Source of the DNA: Gammaproteobacteria bacterium
Lineage (GTDB): Bacteria > Pseudomonadota > Gammaproteobacteria > Ga0077536
Assembly (NCBI GenBank): GCA_020845935.1
Contig: JADLEV010000052.1
Location: forward strand, 1 to 61,878
Direction of reading: 5' to 3'
DNA length: 61,878 bases
A program made the translations under genes and the position numbers. Below the pieces are notes generated by a model. It did not search any database. It was not told the DNA's origin and worked only from the letters and a program-made list of their open reading frames with translations. Below, one piece after another: positions 17,153 to 28,156 of the stretch (the first letter of the stretch is position 1; each line of letters opens with the position of its first letter).

Positions 17153-18661
17153 CTACGACAACCGTTTGCGTTCGTTCGATGGCGGAATGGCCATGGCTTC
17201 GCGATATTTCGCCACCGTGCGCCGCGCGACCATGATGCCCTGAGCGGACAGGATGCTGGCGATCTTGCTGTCGCTGAGCGGTTTGTTGGCATGTTCCGCG
17301 GCGATGATCTTGCGGATCACGGCGCGGATCGCGGTCGATGACGCCTCGCCGCCGGCATCGGTCGCGACATGACTGGAAAAGAAGTATTTCAGTGCGAAGA
17401 TGCCGCGTGGGGTGTGCATGTACTTGCGCGTGGTGACCCGCGACACCGTCGATTCGTGCAGTTCGAGCGCCTCGGCGATGTCATGCAGTACCAGCGGCTT
17501 CATGGCCTCGTCGCCATGCTCGAGAAAATCGCGCTGCCGGCGGACGATCTCGCTGGCGACGCGGTGCAGCGTCTCGCTGCGGCTTTGCAGGCTCTTGATG
17601 AACCAGCGTGCTTCCCGCAAGTGCGACTTCAGCGTGTTGTTGGTGACGCTGCTGTCGGCGCGCCGGATCATGCTGGCGTAATGCGGGTTGACGCGCAGTT
17701 GTGGCAACGCATCCGGATTCAGCTCCACCCGCCAGACACCATTGTGCTTGCGCACGAAGACCTCCGGCACGACGTATTCGACCGGTTCGTCGGTGTACCG
17801 CGAGCCGGGCCGGGGATTGAGCGACTGAATCAGATTCACGACCTGCTGCAATTCCTCCGGGGTCAGCCGCAGCCGGCGCAGCAGCGTCGAGAAGTCGCGT
17901 GAGCCGAGCTGATCGAGATAATCGCGACAGACCAGCTGCGCCAGTTCCAGCCTCGGCGTGTCCGGCGCGAACTGGCGCAGTTGCAGCAGCAGGCATTCGC
18001 TGAGATTGCGCGCGCCGACGCCGGTCGGATCGAGCGTCTGCACGAGTTTCAGCATCGCTTCAATCTCGTCGTTGTCGACCGCCAGCGCCTCGTCCTTGCT
18101 CAGGGTCTCGCGCAGTTCATCGATGCTGGTGTCCAGGTAGCCGTCCGGAGTGATGGTATCGACGATGGCGTCGACGATGGCCCGGTCGGTGGCCGACAGG
18201 TTCAACAGATTGACTTGCCACAGCAGATGGTCCTGAAGGCTTTCGCGGGTGGAACGAAAACGCTCGAATTCGGAGGTCTCGCCGTCCTCGCGTCCGGACG
18301 CTGTCGCCGACGTGGCCGTGGCCGTGTCGAAAATGTCGTCCCACTGGCTGTCGACCGGCAGGTCTTCCGGGATCTCGCTGGTCGATCCGGCGCTGTCTAT
18401 CTCCTCGGCTTCGGCGCCGAAGCCATCACCGGTTTCGCGCGCTTCGCCATCGCCGGAATCCAGCGCGCGTTCGACGGCGCTGCCGGATTCGAATTCGCCG
18501 GGCTCGCCGTCGTCGAGCTCCAGCATCATGTTGGAGTCGAGCGCTTCCTGCACCTCCTGGCGCAGTTCCAGCGACGACAGCTGCAGCAGGCGTATCGCCT
18601 GCTGCAGCTGCGGCGTCATCGTCAGGTGCTGACCTAATTTGAGCTGAAGTGTTTGTTTCAT
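17153..18661 (-). CDS. rpoN: RNA polymerase sigma-54
   Basis: MKQTLQLKLGQHLTMTPQLQQAIRLLQLSSLEL N-terminus and C-terminal RpoN box ARRTVAKYRE. Confidence 0.9.
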   Translation of the reverse strand: MKQTLQLKLGQHLTMTPQLQQAIRLLQLSSLELRQEVQEALDSNMMLELDDGEPGEFESGSAVERALDSGDGEARETGDGFGAEAEEIDSAGSTSEIPEDLPVDSQWDDIFDTATATSATASGREDGETSEFERFRSTRESLQDHLLWQVNLLNLSATDRAIVDAIVDTITPDGYLDTSIDELRETLSKDEALAVDNDEIEAMLKLVQTLDPTGVGARNLSECLLLQLRQFAPDTPRLELAQLVCRDYLDQLGSRDFSTLLRRLRLTPEELQQVVNLIQSLNPRPGSRYTDEPVEYVVPEVFVRKHNGVWRVELNPDALPQLRVNPHYASMIRRADSSVTNNTLKSHLREARWFIKSLQSRSETLHRVASEIVRRQRDFLEHGDEAMKPLVLHDIAEALELHESTVSRVTTRKYMHTPRGIFALKYFFSSHVATDAGGEASSTAIRAVIRKIIAAEHANKPLSDSKIASILSAQGIMVARRTVAKYREAMAIPPSNERKRLS

Positions 18662-18748
18662 CGATACCGCGGTCGATTCGCGCTGCCGGGCATTCCGTTG
18701 GAATTCCTTATCGGCTGCGGCCAAGATTAGCACAGCGGGCTTGGCGCC

Positions 18749-19504
18749 CTACATCGTGAACCGCTCGCCGAGATAGACGTCCCGGACTTTGTCGTTGGCA
18801 AGGATTTCGGCGGCCGAGCCCTGGGCGATGATCTCGCCATCGTTGACGATATAGGCGCGATCACAGACCCCCAGCGTCTCGCGCACGTTGTGATCGGTGA
18901 TCAACACGCCGATGCCGGTACTGCGCAGATGCTCGATGATGTGCTGGATGTCGAGCACCGAGATCGGATCGACGCCGGCGAACGGTTCATCCAGCAGAAT
19001 GAACGCAGGTTCGGTCGCCAGCGCCCGGGCGATTTCCAGGCGGCGGCGCTCCCCGCCGGACAGCGACAGACCAAGGCTGTCGCGCAGATGGGCGATGTGG
19101 AAGCGGTGCATCAGTTCGTCGAGGCGCTCGTCACGCTGCGCGGCGGTGAGTTCGCGCCGCATTTCGAGCACGGCGTAGATGTTCTCGGCGACCGTCAGCT
19201 TGCGAAACACCGAGGCTTCCTGCGGCAGGTAGCCGAGACCCTTACGGGCGCGGACATCGATCGGTGCGGTCGAAATGTCCTCGCCACCCAGCAGGATGGA
19301 ACCGGCATCAGCCGCAATCAGGCCAACGATCATGTGGAAACTGGTGGTCTTGCCGGCGCCGTTCGGGCCGAGCAAGCCGACCGCTTCCCCGGCACGGACG
19401 TCCAGGCTGACGTCCTTGACCACACGCCGCGCGCGGTACGATTTGGCGAGGTTGCGGACGCTCAGGATCCGGTCCGGCGTTGCCGGCGTCGCGGTCTCGC
19501 TCAC
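18749..19504 (-). CDS. lptB: LPS export ABC transporter ATPase
   Basis: GPNGAGKTT Walker [16 protein letters not shown] signature. Synteny with lptA/lptC/rpoN. Confidence 0.9.
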   Translation of the reverse strand: MSETATPATPDRILSVRNLAKSYRARRVVKDVSLDVRAGEAVGLLGPNGAGKTTSFHMIVGLIAADAGSILLGGEDISTAPIDVRARKGLGYLPQEASVFRKLTVAENIYAVLEMRRELTAAQRDERLDELMHRFHIAHLRDSLGLSLSGGERRRLEIARALATEPAFILLDEPFAGVDPISVLDIQHIIEHLRSTGIGVLITDHNVRETLGVCDRAYIVNDGEIIAQGSAAEILANDKVRDVYLGERFTM

Positions 19505-20073
19505 GGTTCCTCCTGCCGCTTGCTGGGCGGCCAGACGACACGGACGCGTTCCCCGGACTGCACCGCTCCATCCGCACCGGCGTGGGCGGTGATCCGGTTC
19601 TGCTCGGTGTCGTATTCGATGCGATAGGCGTCAATGGTTTCGTCACCGCGGGTGGCGTGCGCCTGCTCTATCAGAATCAGCAGGTTGCGCTGCTCGTACA
19701 GTTCGATGGTTCGCGCGCGACCGGACAAGTCGTTGCGATTGTCGTCGGCGCGCTGCTGGAACGTCGCCGGCTGGCCCTCGAGCACGGCCCGATCCAGCTG
19801 CTTGTCGTCACCCCGATACATCCGCAGCCGATCCCCGGTCATGCGAATGCTGCCCTGGGTGACGATGACATTGCCGGTGCAAATCGCGGTGCCTTCCATT
19901 TCTTCATAGCCGCAGAAGTCCGCGTCGATGTTGATTTTTTGGTCGCGGTCGGTGGACAGCGCCTGTGCCATCGCGGCCGCCGCCAGCAGCGCGGCACCGG
20001 CTGCCCAGCGCAGCCACCGTGTTGCGCGCCATCCGGCAGGCAGCTCCGCCCGCGGGCTATTCGGTTCGGTCAT
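19501..20073 (-). CDS. lptA: LPS transport periplasmic protein LptA
   Basis: Signal peptide, OstA-like repeats (ITADHAGAD-type text). Overlaps the lptB start by 4 nt. Position. Confidence 0.75.
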   Translation of the reverse strand: MTEPNSPRAELPAGWRATRWLRWAAGAALLAAAAMAQALSTDRDQKINIDADFCGYEEMEGTAICTGNVIVTQGSIRMTGDRLRMYRGDDKQLDRAVLEGQPATFQQRADDNRNDLSGRARTIELYEQRNLLILIEQAHATRGDETIDAYRIEYDTEQNRITAHAGADGAVQSGERVRVVWPPSKRQEEP

Positions 20074-20629
20074 ACTGAATCACTACCTGTTTCAGGATTT
20101 CTACGCGGTTCTCGGCCAGATTGGCGCGCAGGCCGATACCGGTGGTGGTGCTGCGCGACTCGCGAATCGTGGCCGCGCGATCGGTTTCGGCGTACTGCCG
20201 GTCCGGCAACACGCGCAATTCCGACGTGGACACGTGGATCCGGACCGCGCCGTCGGCAGCCCGGCGCCAGATCTCGACCGGGCCGTGCAACAGTACCTCG
20301 GTGCCGTCGCCGTTGCTCCAGCCAGACTCGGCCTGCACCAGCCAGGACCAGTCGTTGTCATTGTAGATCTCGAGGCTGGGGTGAACCAGCGTCGCGGTAT
20401 CGTCGTCGGCGAAATGTTCGAGCCGCGCCGCGCGCAGCACGCTCCGCAGCCGGCCGGCGGCGTCGTGCTTGCGGCGCTCCATGTCCACCAGATAGTAATC
20501 GGCAACTCGCGCAACGGCGGCCGGCGGTCGACTTTCGTCCTGATACCGGGCGCGAAGCAAGAAGCTCAGGCCGGCGACGATCGCGAGCAACGCCAGCAAC
20601 AGCCATGCGCGGCCATTGCGCCGCACCAT
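20057..20629 (-). CDS. lptC: LPS export system protein LptC
   Basis: N-terminal membrane anchor MVRRNGRAWLLLALLAIVAGL. ~190 aa. Position upstream of lptA. Internal ATG 20629 chosen. Confidence 0.65.
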   Translation of the reverse strand: MVRRNGRAWLLLALLAIVAGLSFLLRARYQDESRPPAAVARVADYYLVDMERRKHDAAGRLRSVLRAARLEHFADDDTATLVHPSLEIYNDNDWSWLVQAESGWSNGDGTEVLLHGPVEIWRRAADGAVRIHVSTSELRVLPDRQYAETDRAATIRESRSTTTGIGLRANLAENRVEILKQVVIQYDRTE

Positions 20630-20649
20630 CGCGCCCGTCGCGGAGCCGT

Positions 20650-21171
20650 TCACGACGGTGTCGGGTCGGCGGGCGTCCGGGCGGCCAGCAGCAAATCGCA
20701 TACTTCGCGCACCGCGCCATCGCCGCCGCGCGCCGTGGTGCGCCAATGCGCGGCGGCGACGAGCTCGGGATGGGCATCGGCCACGGCCACGGCAAGACCG
20801 GCACGGCGCAGCATGCCGAGATCCGGCAGATCGTCGCCGACACAGCAGGTGGCATCCGCGGTCAGGCGCAGTTCGTGCAACAGCGCATCGAACACCGCTT
20901 CCTTGTCGCGAACGCCCTGAAACACGCGCGCGACGCCGAGTTCCTCCATTCGCACCGAGACGATCGGCGAGCTGCGGCCGGACACGACCGCGATGCGGCA
21001 GCCCGCTTCGCGCAATCGCACGATGCCGTGGCCATCGCGGGCGTGAAATACCTTGCACAGTTCGCCGCCACCGCCGAAGTACAGGCGGCCGTCGGTCAGC
21101 ACGCCATCGACATCAAGCACCAGCAGCCGCGTCCGGCTGGCGCGCGCGATGATTTCCGGCATCGGCAACAT
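20650..21171 (-). CDS. kdsC: 3-deoxy-D-manno-octulosonate-8-phosphate phosphatase
   Basis: LLVLDVDGVLTDGRLYF HAD motif I and GDDLPD motif. ATGA overlap with the kdsD stop. Confidence 0.8.
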   Translation of the reverse strand: MLPMPEIIARASRTRLLVLDVDGVLTDGRLYFGGGGELCKVFHARDGHGIVRLREAGCRIAVVSGRSSPIVSVRMEELGVARVFQGVRDKEAVFDALLHELRLTADATCCVGDDLPDLGMLRRAGLAVAVADAHPELVAAAHWRTTARGGDGAVREVCDLLLAARTPADPTPS

Positions 21172-22148
21172 CAGATCACGCGCCGTCGCAACAGATCGTG
21201 CATGTTCAGCACGCCGACCAGGCGCGCCATGCCGTCGACGACCGGCAGGCCATTGATCCGGTGCTGCTGCATCAGATGCAGCGCTTCCGCGGCGAGACGG
21301 TCCTCGCAGATGGTGACGCAACCGGGCGTCATGACGGCATCGATTCGTGTCCGCCGTGCGTCGATGTCGCCGGCCAATGCGCGCCGCAGGTCGCCATCGG
21401 TGAACACGCCCCGAACCCGCCGCTCACCATCGGCGATGACGGCCAGGCCCAGACCGCCGCGCGTCATCTCGGCCAGCGCCTCGGTGACCGGCGCGCCGGG
21501 CGCAACGCAGGGGATCGCGGCGCCGCGATGCATCAGCTCGGCGACCTTTACCAGCAGGCGCAGACTGCCGCCCGGATGCCGCCGTGCGAAATCATGGACC
21601 GTGAAGCCGCGCGCTTCGAGCAAAGCAATCGCCAGCGCGTCGCCCATCGCCAGGGCCGCGGTGGTCGAAGAAGTCGGTGCCATGCCGAGCGGGCAGGCTT
21701 CCTGCGCGACCCCGACATCGAGCACGACATCGGCTTGCGTCCCCAGCGTCGAGTCGCCTTTCCCGGTCAGCGCGATGAGCGGCACGCCCAGCCGCTTCAG
21801 CAACGGCAGCAACTGCACGATCTCGTCGGTCTCGCCGGAGTTCGAGATCGCGAGCACGACATCCTGCTCGGTGACCATGCCCATGTCGCCATGGCTCGCC
21901 TCGCCTGGATGGATGAAGAACGAGGGCGTGCCGGTGCTCGCCAGCGTCGCCGCGACCTTGCCGCCGATGTGTCCGGACTTGCCCATGCCGAGCACCACGA
22001 TCCGGCCCCGGCAGGCGATCATGATCCGACAGGCGGCGGCGAAGGACTGATCGATGCGCGGCAACAGTGAGCCCAGCGCGTCACGTTCGATCTCGATGAC
22101 GCGTCGCGCCAGCGCGATGAAGCGATCGTCATCGGTCGCCGCGGTCAT
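21171..22148 (-). CDS. kdsD: Arabinose-5-phosphate isomerase (SIS plus tandem CBS)
   Basis: GRIVVLGMGKSGHIG SIS motif, C-terminal CBS pair. Synteny with kdsC/lptCAB. Confidence 0.9.
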   Translation of the reverse strand: MTAATDDDRFIALARRVIEIERDALGSLLPRIDQSFAAACRIMIACRGRIVVLGMGKSGHIGGKVAATLASTGTPSFFIHPGEASHGDMGMVTEQDVVLAISNSGETDEIVQLLPLLKRLGVPLIALTGKGDSTLGTQADVVLDVGVAQEACPLGMAPTSSTTAALAMGDALAIALLEARGFTVHDFARRHPGGSLRLLVKVAELMHRGAAIPCVAPGAPVTEALAEMTRGGLGLAVIADGERRVRGVFTDGDLRRALAGDIDARRTRIDAVMTPGCVTICEDRLAAEALHLMQQHRINGLPVVDGMARLVGVLNMHDLLRRRVI

Positions 22149-22313
22149 CGTGGCATACGCTGGAATGGAGCGGGATCGCGCGGCGGCCTGGGCATGCGCC
22201 GTATTTCAACCGATCCGCTCCCTCTGGTGCAATCCAGGCAGCGCGCCCGCATTAGAATGTGGCCACGCGTCCGTCGACAGATCGGGACTTTAGGTGAAAG
22301 GTGCGAAACGACG

Positions 22314-22991
22314 ATGAGGGTAATGTTGCTCGCGGCGGGACGCGGCGAGCGGTTGCGGCCGCTGACCGATAGGGTGCCGAAGCCGTTGTTGCCGGTCGGT
22401 GATCGATCCCTGATCGAGCACCATATCGCGCGCCTGGCCGCGGCTGGTTTTCGCGAGTTTGTGATCAACACCGCGCATCTTGGTGCGCAACTGGTGGACC
22501 GCCTCGGTGATGGCCGGTGCCATGGCGTGCGGATTGACTGGTCCCACGAGCCGGAGGGCGCGCTCGATACCGGCGGCGGTATCGCCCAGGCCTGGCCATT
22601 GCTGGGCCATGGTCCCTGCGTGGTCGTCAGCGCGGACATTTTCACCGACTACGATTTCCGGGCGTTGCCGCGGCAACCGGACGGTCTCGCCCACCTGGTG
22701 CTGGTCGACAATCCATCGCATCACCCGTCCGGCGATTTCCAACTGCACGGCAAACAGGTCGGTCTGCCGCAGGATGACGGGGTGAACCTGACCTATTCCG
22801 GCATTGCCGTGTTGCGCCGGGAGCTGTTCAGCGAGTGCGATGCGGTGCGGTTTCCGCTCGCTCCGCTGTTGCGGCTTGCGGCGATGCAGGGTCAGGTCAC
22901 CGCGGAACACCACCACGGCGTGTGGCTCGATGTCGGCACGCCGGAACGGCTGGCCGCGGCGCGGGCTCTGGTTACGACCGGTAGCGCGTAG
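22314..22991 (+). CDS. Sugar-1-phosphate nucleotidyltransferase (MurU-like)
   Basis: [28 protein letters not shown] nucleotidyltransferase signature. ~225 aa. The specific MurU assignment is a resemblance call only. Confidence 0.6.
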   Translation: MRVMLLAAGRGERLRPLTDRVPKPLLPVGDRSLIEHHIARLAAAGFREFVINTAHLGAQLVDRLGDGRCHGVRIDWSHEPEGALDTGGGIAQAWPLLGHGPCVVVSADIFTDYDFRALPRQPDGLAHLVLVDNPSHHPSGDFQLHGKQVGLPQDDGVNLTYSGIAVLRRELFSECDAVRFPLAPLLRLAAMQGQVTAEHHHGVWLDVGTPERLAAARALVTTGSA

Positions 22992-23652
22992 GGTCCGGGA
23001 CGCCGGCGTCAAGAAAGCCCTGGCGCCTCAGCCGGCAACTATCGCAGCGGCCGCAGGCGCGACCGGTGGTGTCGGCCTGATAGCACGAAATCGTCTCCGC
23101 ATAATCGACCCCGAGCGTCAGCCCGGTACGAATGATGTCCGCCTTGGTGCGCGTGAGCAGCGGAGCGTGGACGCGAAAGTGCAGCGTGCCTTCGACGCCG
23201 GCCTGGGTCGCGGTCGCCGCGAGCTGTTCGAAGGCGGTGATGAAGGCGGGCCGGCAGTCGGGATAACCCGAGTAATCGACCGCGTTGATGCCCACATAGA
23301 TGTCGCCGGTGCGCAACACTTCCGCCCAACCGAGCGCCAGCGCCAGGAACACCGTGTTGCGCGCCGGCACGTAGGTGATTGGGATGCCGGTGGTCGGGGT
23401 TTCCGGCACGGCAATCGCGGGGTCGGTCAGCGCCGAGCCGCCGAACTGGCCGAGATCGATGCGCACGGTCCGGTGTTCGATCGCGCCCAGCCGGTGCGCG
23501 ACCCGTGCCGCGGCTTCCAGTTCGACCCGATGGCGCTGGCCATAATCGATGCTGAGCGCGTGACAGTGCTCGTGCTGCGAGCGCGCGATGGCGAGCGTCG
23601 TTGCCGAATCGAGGCCGCCGGAAATCAGCACGACGCAACGGCTACCGGCCAC
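22972..23652 (-). CDS. queC: 7-cyano-7-deazaguanine synthase
   Basis: [15 protein letters not shown]-loop and C-terminal [10 protein letters not shown] zinc motif. GTG 23652 gives ~226 aa and overlaps the queE stop. Confidence 0.85.
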   Translation of the reverse strand: MAGSRCVVLISGGLDSATTLAIARSQHEHCHALSIDYGQRHRVELEAAARVAHRLGAIEHRTVRIDLGQFGGSALTDPAIAVPETPTTGIPITYVPARNTVFLALALGWAEVLRTGDIYVGINAVDYSGYPDCRPAFITAFEQLAATATQAGVEGTLHFRVHAPLLTRTKADIIRTGLTLGVDYAETISCYQADTTGRACGRCDSCRLRRQGFLDAGVPDPTRYRS

Positions 23653-24343
23653 GCGCCTCACCCCAGAGGATCTTGTGCAGTTGCAGTTGCAGGCGCACCG
23701 GCAGGCGGTCGGCAAGGATCCAGGCGGCGAGGTCCGGCGCCGGCAACCAGCCGTGGCAGGGCGAGAACAGGACACCGCAGCGTCGCGCCAGATCGAACTC
23801 GCGCAGGCGCGCCACGGCCCAGTCGTAATCGGCGCGATCGCACAGCACGAATTTGATTTGATCCGTTCCGCGCAGGTGTGGCAACAGATCGCCGCGATTG
23901 CGTTCGACCTCGCCCGAGCCGGGCGTCTTGATATCGACGATCTTGCAGATGCGCGGATCGATACCGGCGAGGTCGAGCGCACCGCTTGTTTCGAGGGAAA
24001 CATCCAGGCCGGCGTCGGCGAGGCGCCGCAGCAGTTCGCGGCAGTGGGGTTGCGCCAACGGCTCGCCGCCAGTGACACACACATAGTGCGCAGCGAACGC
24101 TCGCACCTTTGCCACGATGGCGTCGAGCGTCAGCAACGCACCGCCGCTGAAGGCATAGCTGGTGTCGCAATAGCGGCAGCGCAACGGACAGCCGGTCAGC
24201 CGGATGAACGCGGTCGGCAGGCCGGCGCGCTCGGATTCGCCTTGAATCGACCAGAAGATTTCCGTGATCCGCAGCGTCGGCACGGCGACGGCCGGCGGCT
24301 GCAAGCCGTCGCCGGCCGTGGCTTCCGCTGGCGTGCGGTTCAC
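23642..24343 (-). CDS. queE: 7-carboxy-7-deazaguanine synthase (radical SAM)
   Basis: [10 protein letters not shown]...[10 protein letters not shown] cluster motif typical of QueE. Confidence 0.85.
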   Translation of the reverse strand: MNRTPAEATAGDGLQPPAVAVPTLRITEIFWSIQGESERAGLPTAFIRLTGCPLRCRYCDTSYAFSGGALLTLDAIVAKVRAFAAHYVCVTGGEPLAQPHCRELLRRLADAGLDVSLETSGALDLAGIDPRICKIVDIKTPGSGEVERNRGDLLPHLRGTDQIKFVLCDRADYDWAVARLREFDLARRCGVLFSPCHGWLPAPDLAAWILADRLPVRLQLQLHKILWGEARGR

Positions 24344-25332
24344 CGCATCGTTTCGGCGCGGATGCGCGCGAGCCGTTCGTCCGCGAGCTGCGCGGCGGTG
24401 CTGGAAGGGTAATGGTCCTTCAACTGCTGCAAGGTCGCGCGCGCCAGATCGCGTTGGCCGAGCTCGTCGTAGCTGTAGCCGATCTTCAGCAGCGCGTGCG
24501 AGTACTTCTGGCTGTCCGGATAGAGTTGCAGCAATTTCTGGTACTCGGCGATCGCGGTGTCGAACTTGCGCAACGTATAGAACGCTTCACCCAGCCAGTA
24601 TTGGGCGTTGTCGACATACTGGCTCGCCGGATGTTGCGCGAGAAACAGGCGCAAGGCGGCGATGGCCTGATCGTACTGGCCGGCCTTGAGCAGGCCGAAC
24701 GCATCGTTGTAGGCCTTTTCGCTTTCCGGCGTATCGACCGTGGCGATCCGCGCCGCCGGCACCCCGGCCTGTGCCGCCGGCGGGTTGCTGGCTTGCGGTG
24801 TCGTGGCGATCGGCACCAGCGCACCGCCGACCGTGGCTGGCGCCGGCCGCTGCGGTGCCGCAAACGGGTCATCGAGGAATTCGGGTTCGCGCGCGGGCGC
24901 AGCCGTCGTGACGTTGAACGCACCTTCGGCCGGCATGCCGGCCGCGACCGGAGCATCGTTCGGCAGGATCGTCGCCAGCGGTGGCTCGGCAGCGGTATCG
25001 GCGGAGCCTGCCGCGCCGGTCTCGAGGCCACGCAGGCGGCCGTCGAAGTGGCTGTACACCTCGCGCTGCTGCTTGCGCAATTGTTCCAGCGCGAAATTCT
25101 GGCTCTCTATCCGGCCCTGTAACTGTTGCACTTGGAACTGCAAGGCTTCGACCTGCTGCAACAGCTCGACCAGTCCCTGACCTTCGACGACCCGTTCCAG
25201 CCGCGCCAGCCGTTGCGTCAGCTCGGGATCGACTGGTTGCTGCGGTGCCGAGCGCTGCGCCAGCGCGCCATGCAGCGGCAGCAAGGTCGCGACCACCACA
25301 ACGGCCGCGGCGCGTTTCGTTGAACTGTTCAT
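24340..25332 (-). CDS. cpoB: Tol-Pal system protein CpoB/YbgF (coiled coil plus TPR)
   Basis: Signal peptide, coiled-coil N-terminus, C-terminal TPR (YNDAFGLLKAGQYDQAI...). Position after pal. Confidence 0.8.
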   Translation of the reverse strand: MNSSTKRAAAVVVVATLLPLHGALAQRSAPQQPVDPELTQRLARLERVVEGQGLVELLQQVEALQFQVQQLQGRIESQNFALEQLRKQQREVYSHFDGRLRGLETGAAGSADTAAEPPLATILPNDAPVAAGMPAEGAFNVTTAAPAREPEFLDDPFAAPQRPAPATVGGALVPIATTPQASNPPAAQAGVPAARIATVDTPESEKAYNDAFGLLKAGQYDQAIAALRLFLAQHPASQYVDNAQYWLGEAFYTLRKFDTAIAEYQKLLQLYPDSQKYSHALLKIGYSYDELGQRDLARATLQQLKDHYPSSTAAQLADERLARIRAETMR

Positions 25333-25374
25333 GCTGAGACTCCGCGAGCGGAACGCCGGCGACGACGCTCCTGC

Positions 25375-25941
25375 TCAGTACTTGATTTCCACGCGCCGGT
25401 TCAGCGCGTATGCCTCTTCGTTGCTGCCGTCGTTGGCCGGTCGCTCCTCGCCGAAACTGACGACGCGGATCTGGCCGGCCGCGGCGCCGAGCAGCACCAT
25501 CTGTCGCCGCACAGCCTGCGCCCGGCGTTCGCCCAGCGCCAGGTTGTATTCGCGCGAACCGCGCTCATCGGCGTGGCCCTCGAGCGTGATTACCTGCGAC
25601 GGCCGGCTGGCCAGCGCGTTGGCGTGGGCCTCGACGACGCGACGATATTCCTCGCGGATATTGCTGCTGTCGTATTCGAAATAGATCGTGCGCACCGACA
25701 GCGAGCCGTCGGATTCGCCATCGAGCATGGTCGTGCCGGCGGCGTCGGCGTCCCGGATACCCTGAGTCGTCGCCCGTTGGCCGTCGATATCATTCATTTC
25801 GTCCCGGCTGATGCTGCGGTCCTCGACCACGGCGCCGGTAGTCTTCTTGGCGGACGAACCACAGCCGGCCAAGGCCACCAAGCCCGCGAGCAGCAAAACG
25901 CCAAAGCCAAACTTGTGCATTGCTTTCATTGTCATCTCCAC
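25375..25941 (-). CDS. pal: Peptidoglycan-associated lipoprotein
   Basis: Lipobox LAGC. OmpA-like domain (TLEGHADERGSREYNLALGERRA). The true start may be the internal Met at about 25929. Confidence 0.85.
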   Translation of the reverse strand: MEMTMKAMHKFGFGVLLLAGLVALAGCGSSAKKTTGAVVEDRSISRDEMNDIDGQRATTQGIRDADAAGTTMLDGESDGSLSVRTIYFEYDSSNIREEYRRVVEAHANALASRPSQVITLEGHADERGSREYNLALGERRAQAVRRQMVLLGAAAGQIRVVSFGEERPANDGSNEEAYALNRRVEIKY

Positions 25942-25955
25942 GAAATCACAGTGTC

Positions 25956-27281
25956 TTATTCCCGGAACGGCCCCCAGGCGGGCTCGCGCACCTCGCCGTA
26001 AGGCACCGCCAGGCGTTGCCGCACGCGGCCATTCACCGAGACGGCGGCGAGTTCGGTCCCCAACACGCCATCGGTTGCATACAAAATCATTTGCCCATTC
26101 GGTGCGAAGCTCGGCGACTCATCGAGTTTCGAATTGCTCAGGATGCGGAAACTGTCGTCCTTGAGACCGAGGACCGCGATCCGGTAGCCACCGTCGTTCT
26201 GGTGCACCAGCGCCAGCATATCGCCATCCGGGGCGAAACGCGGGCGCGCATTATACGAACCTTTGTCGAAGGTCACACGGCGCACCTGGCCGCTCGGATA
26301 ATCCATCAGGTAGATCTGCGGGCCGCCACCCCGATCGGAGGTGAACGCAAGGCGCCGGCCGTCCGGCGACCAGCTCGCCTCGGTATCGATCGCGGGGTCG
26401 GCGGTCAGGCGCTGCAACTGGCCGCTGTCGAGATCGCGGACGTAGATCTCGGGGTTGCCATCGCGCGACAGCGTCATCGCCAGGCGCCGGCCGTCCGGCG
26501 AGAACGCGGGCGAACTGTTGATGCCCTCGCCGGAGGCGACCACCTGACGGTTGCCGGTCGGCACATCCTGCACGTAAATCGCGGAGTTCCGGTTTTCGAA
26601 CGAAACATAGGCGATGCGCTCGCCATCCGGTGCCCAATCGGGCGACATGATCGGCTGCGGCGATTCGAGCAGCGTCCTGGCGTTGGCGCCATCGATGTCG
26701 GCGACCAGCAGCCGGTAGCGCTTCACGCCGTTGTCCCGATCGACCGTGACGTAGGCGATTCGGGTCGCGAACGCGCCCTTCTTCCCGGTGAGCTGTTCAA
26801 ACACAACGTCGGCGATGCGATGCGCGGTGTGCCGCAGATTCGCGGCGGTCGCCGGCATGCGGTAGCCGGCGATCTGATTGCCCTGAATCACGTTGACCAC
26901 GCGAAACGATATCTCGTAGCGGTCCGGCGCGGTCGTGGCGATCGAGCCGATGACCAGGCTGTCCATGTTGAGCCGCCGCCAATCCTCGAACTTGATCGCG
27001 GAAAACTCGGACGGCCGATCCGGCATCTCGGTGACCGGCATCGGCTTGAACACGCCGCTGCGTTCGAGATCCGCGGCGACGATGTCGGCCAGGTCGACCG
27101 GCAGATCGGCGCTGCCCGCGAACGGCACGACCGCAACCGGCTGGGCACTCTCGGAGCTGCGGGTGATGCGGATCGTGATTTGTGCGTCGGCGGTCGGCAC
27201 CAGCGCCAGCAGCGCGCATAGCAGCCACAGGGGATGCCTCAGGCGTTCGCGCCAGCGGACTTCAGTTCGGTTGAAACTCAA
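25956..27281 (-). CDS. tolB: Tol-Pal system beta-propeller protein TolB
   Basis: Signal peptide, repeated SPDG/APDG propeller motifs. Confidence 0.9.
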   Translation of the reverse strand: MSFNRTEVRWRERLRHPLWLLCALLALVPTADAQITIRITRSSESAQPVAVVPFAGSADLPVDLADIVAADLERSGVFKPMPVTEMPDRPSEFSAIKFEDWRRLNMDSLVIGSIATTAPDRYEISFRVVNVIQGNQIAGYRMPATAANLRHTAHRIADVVFEQLTGKKGAFATRIAYVTVDRDNGVKRYRLLVADIDGANARTLLESPQPIMSPDWAPDGERIAYVSFENRNSAIYVQDVPTGNRQVVASGEGINSSPAFSPDGRRLAMTLSRDGNPEIYVRDLDSGQLQRLTADPAIDTEASWSPDGRRLAFTSDRGGGPQIYLMDYPSGQVRRVTFDKGSYNARPRFAPDGDMLALVHQNDGGYRIAVLGLKDDSFRILSNSKLDESPSFAPNGQMILYATDGVLGTELAAVSVNGRVRQRLAVPYGEVREPAWGPFRE

Positions 27282-28155
27282 TATTGATCTCCTGCATCTT
27301 GCGAAACACGCGCGGTTCGGAGGGCACTGGCAGCGGTACCGCCTTCGCCACCGCGATCAGCGCCTGCCGATCGAATACCGCGTTACCGCTGGACTGGACG
27401 ATGCGGGTCTCCACGACATCGCCACCGGGCATCAGCTTGATGTAGATGGTACAGCGAAGGCCCGGAGGCTGCCCGCTCAGCGAAAACAGTGCCTCAACCT
27501 TGGCGCGAATGCGGGCCGCGTGCTCCGCGATGTCCCGCTGGTCCGCCTGGTCCTGTTGTTGGGCACGGCGGGCTTCTTCTGCCTTGCGTGCCTCCTCCGC
27601 CTTCCGTTTCTCCTCGGCAAGCCGTTTCTCTTCGGCCAGCCGTTGCTCCTCGGCCTTCTTCTTCTCCTCGGCGAGGCGCTTTTCGTCCGCCTTCTTTTTT
27701 TCTTCGGCGAGACGCCTTTCTTCGGCTAGCTTCTTTTCCTCGGCCTGGCGCTTTTCCTCCGCGACCCGACGGACTTCGGCTTGACGTTGTTCCTCGACCT
27801 TCTGCTGCTCGGCACGCTCGCGTTCGGCCTGCGCCTCGGCGCGACGCTGCTCCGCTTCGGCGCGCTTGCGTTCCGCCTCGCGTGCCTGCCGCAGGCGTTC
27901 CACTTCGGCGTCCCGTTGGCGCTTCTTTTCCGCTTCGATTGCGGCCGTGTCGATCACGGTCGCTTCGACGATCGGCTGCTCCGGCGCCAGGATCGGCTTG
28001 GCGCGGAAATCGATGTTCAGAATCAGTACCGCGAACAGGACCACGTGCAGCAGGATGGAAATGATGACGGCGACCGACAGGCGGCGTCGTCGCGGCGCCG
28101 GCGGCCGATCCCCGGCGGCGGATGCGACCGCTCGTCGTGCGCCGGTTGCGGCCAT
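27262..28155 (-). CDS. tolA: TolA
   Basis: N-terminal TM helix, long Lys/Glu/Ala-rich helical domain, conserved C-terminal domain. Position. Confidence 0.75.
   Translation of the reverse strand: MAATGARRAVASAAGDRPPAPRRRRLSVAVIISILLHVVLFAVLILNIDFRAKPILAPEQPIVEATVIDTAAIEAEKKRQRDAEVERLRQAREAERKRAEAEQRRAEAQAERERAEQQKVEEQRQAEVRRVAEEKRQAEEKKLAEERRLAEEKKKADEKRLAEEKKKAEEQRLAEEKRLAEEKRKAEEARKAEEARRAQQQDQADQRDIAEHAARIRAKVEALFSLSGQPPGLRCTIYIKLMPGGDVVETRIVQSSGNAVFDRQALIAVAKAVPLPVPSEPRVFRKMQEINIEFQPN
27541..27924 (-). repeat. Degenerate in-frame tandem repeats encoding the TolA domain II (AEEK/RLAEEKK units)
   Basis: Reiterated ...EEKRQAEEKKLAEERRLAEEKKKADEKRLAEEKKKAEEQRLAEEKRLAEEKRKAEEARKAEEAR... Confidence 0.6.
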
Positions 28156-28156
28156 G

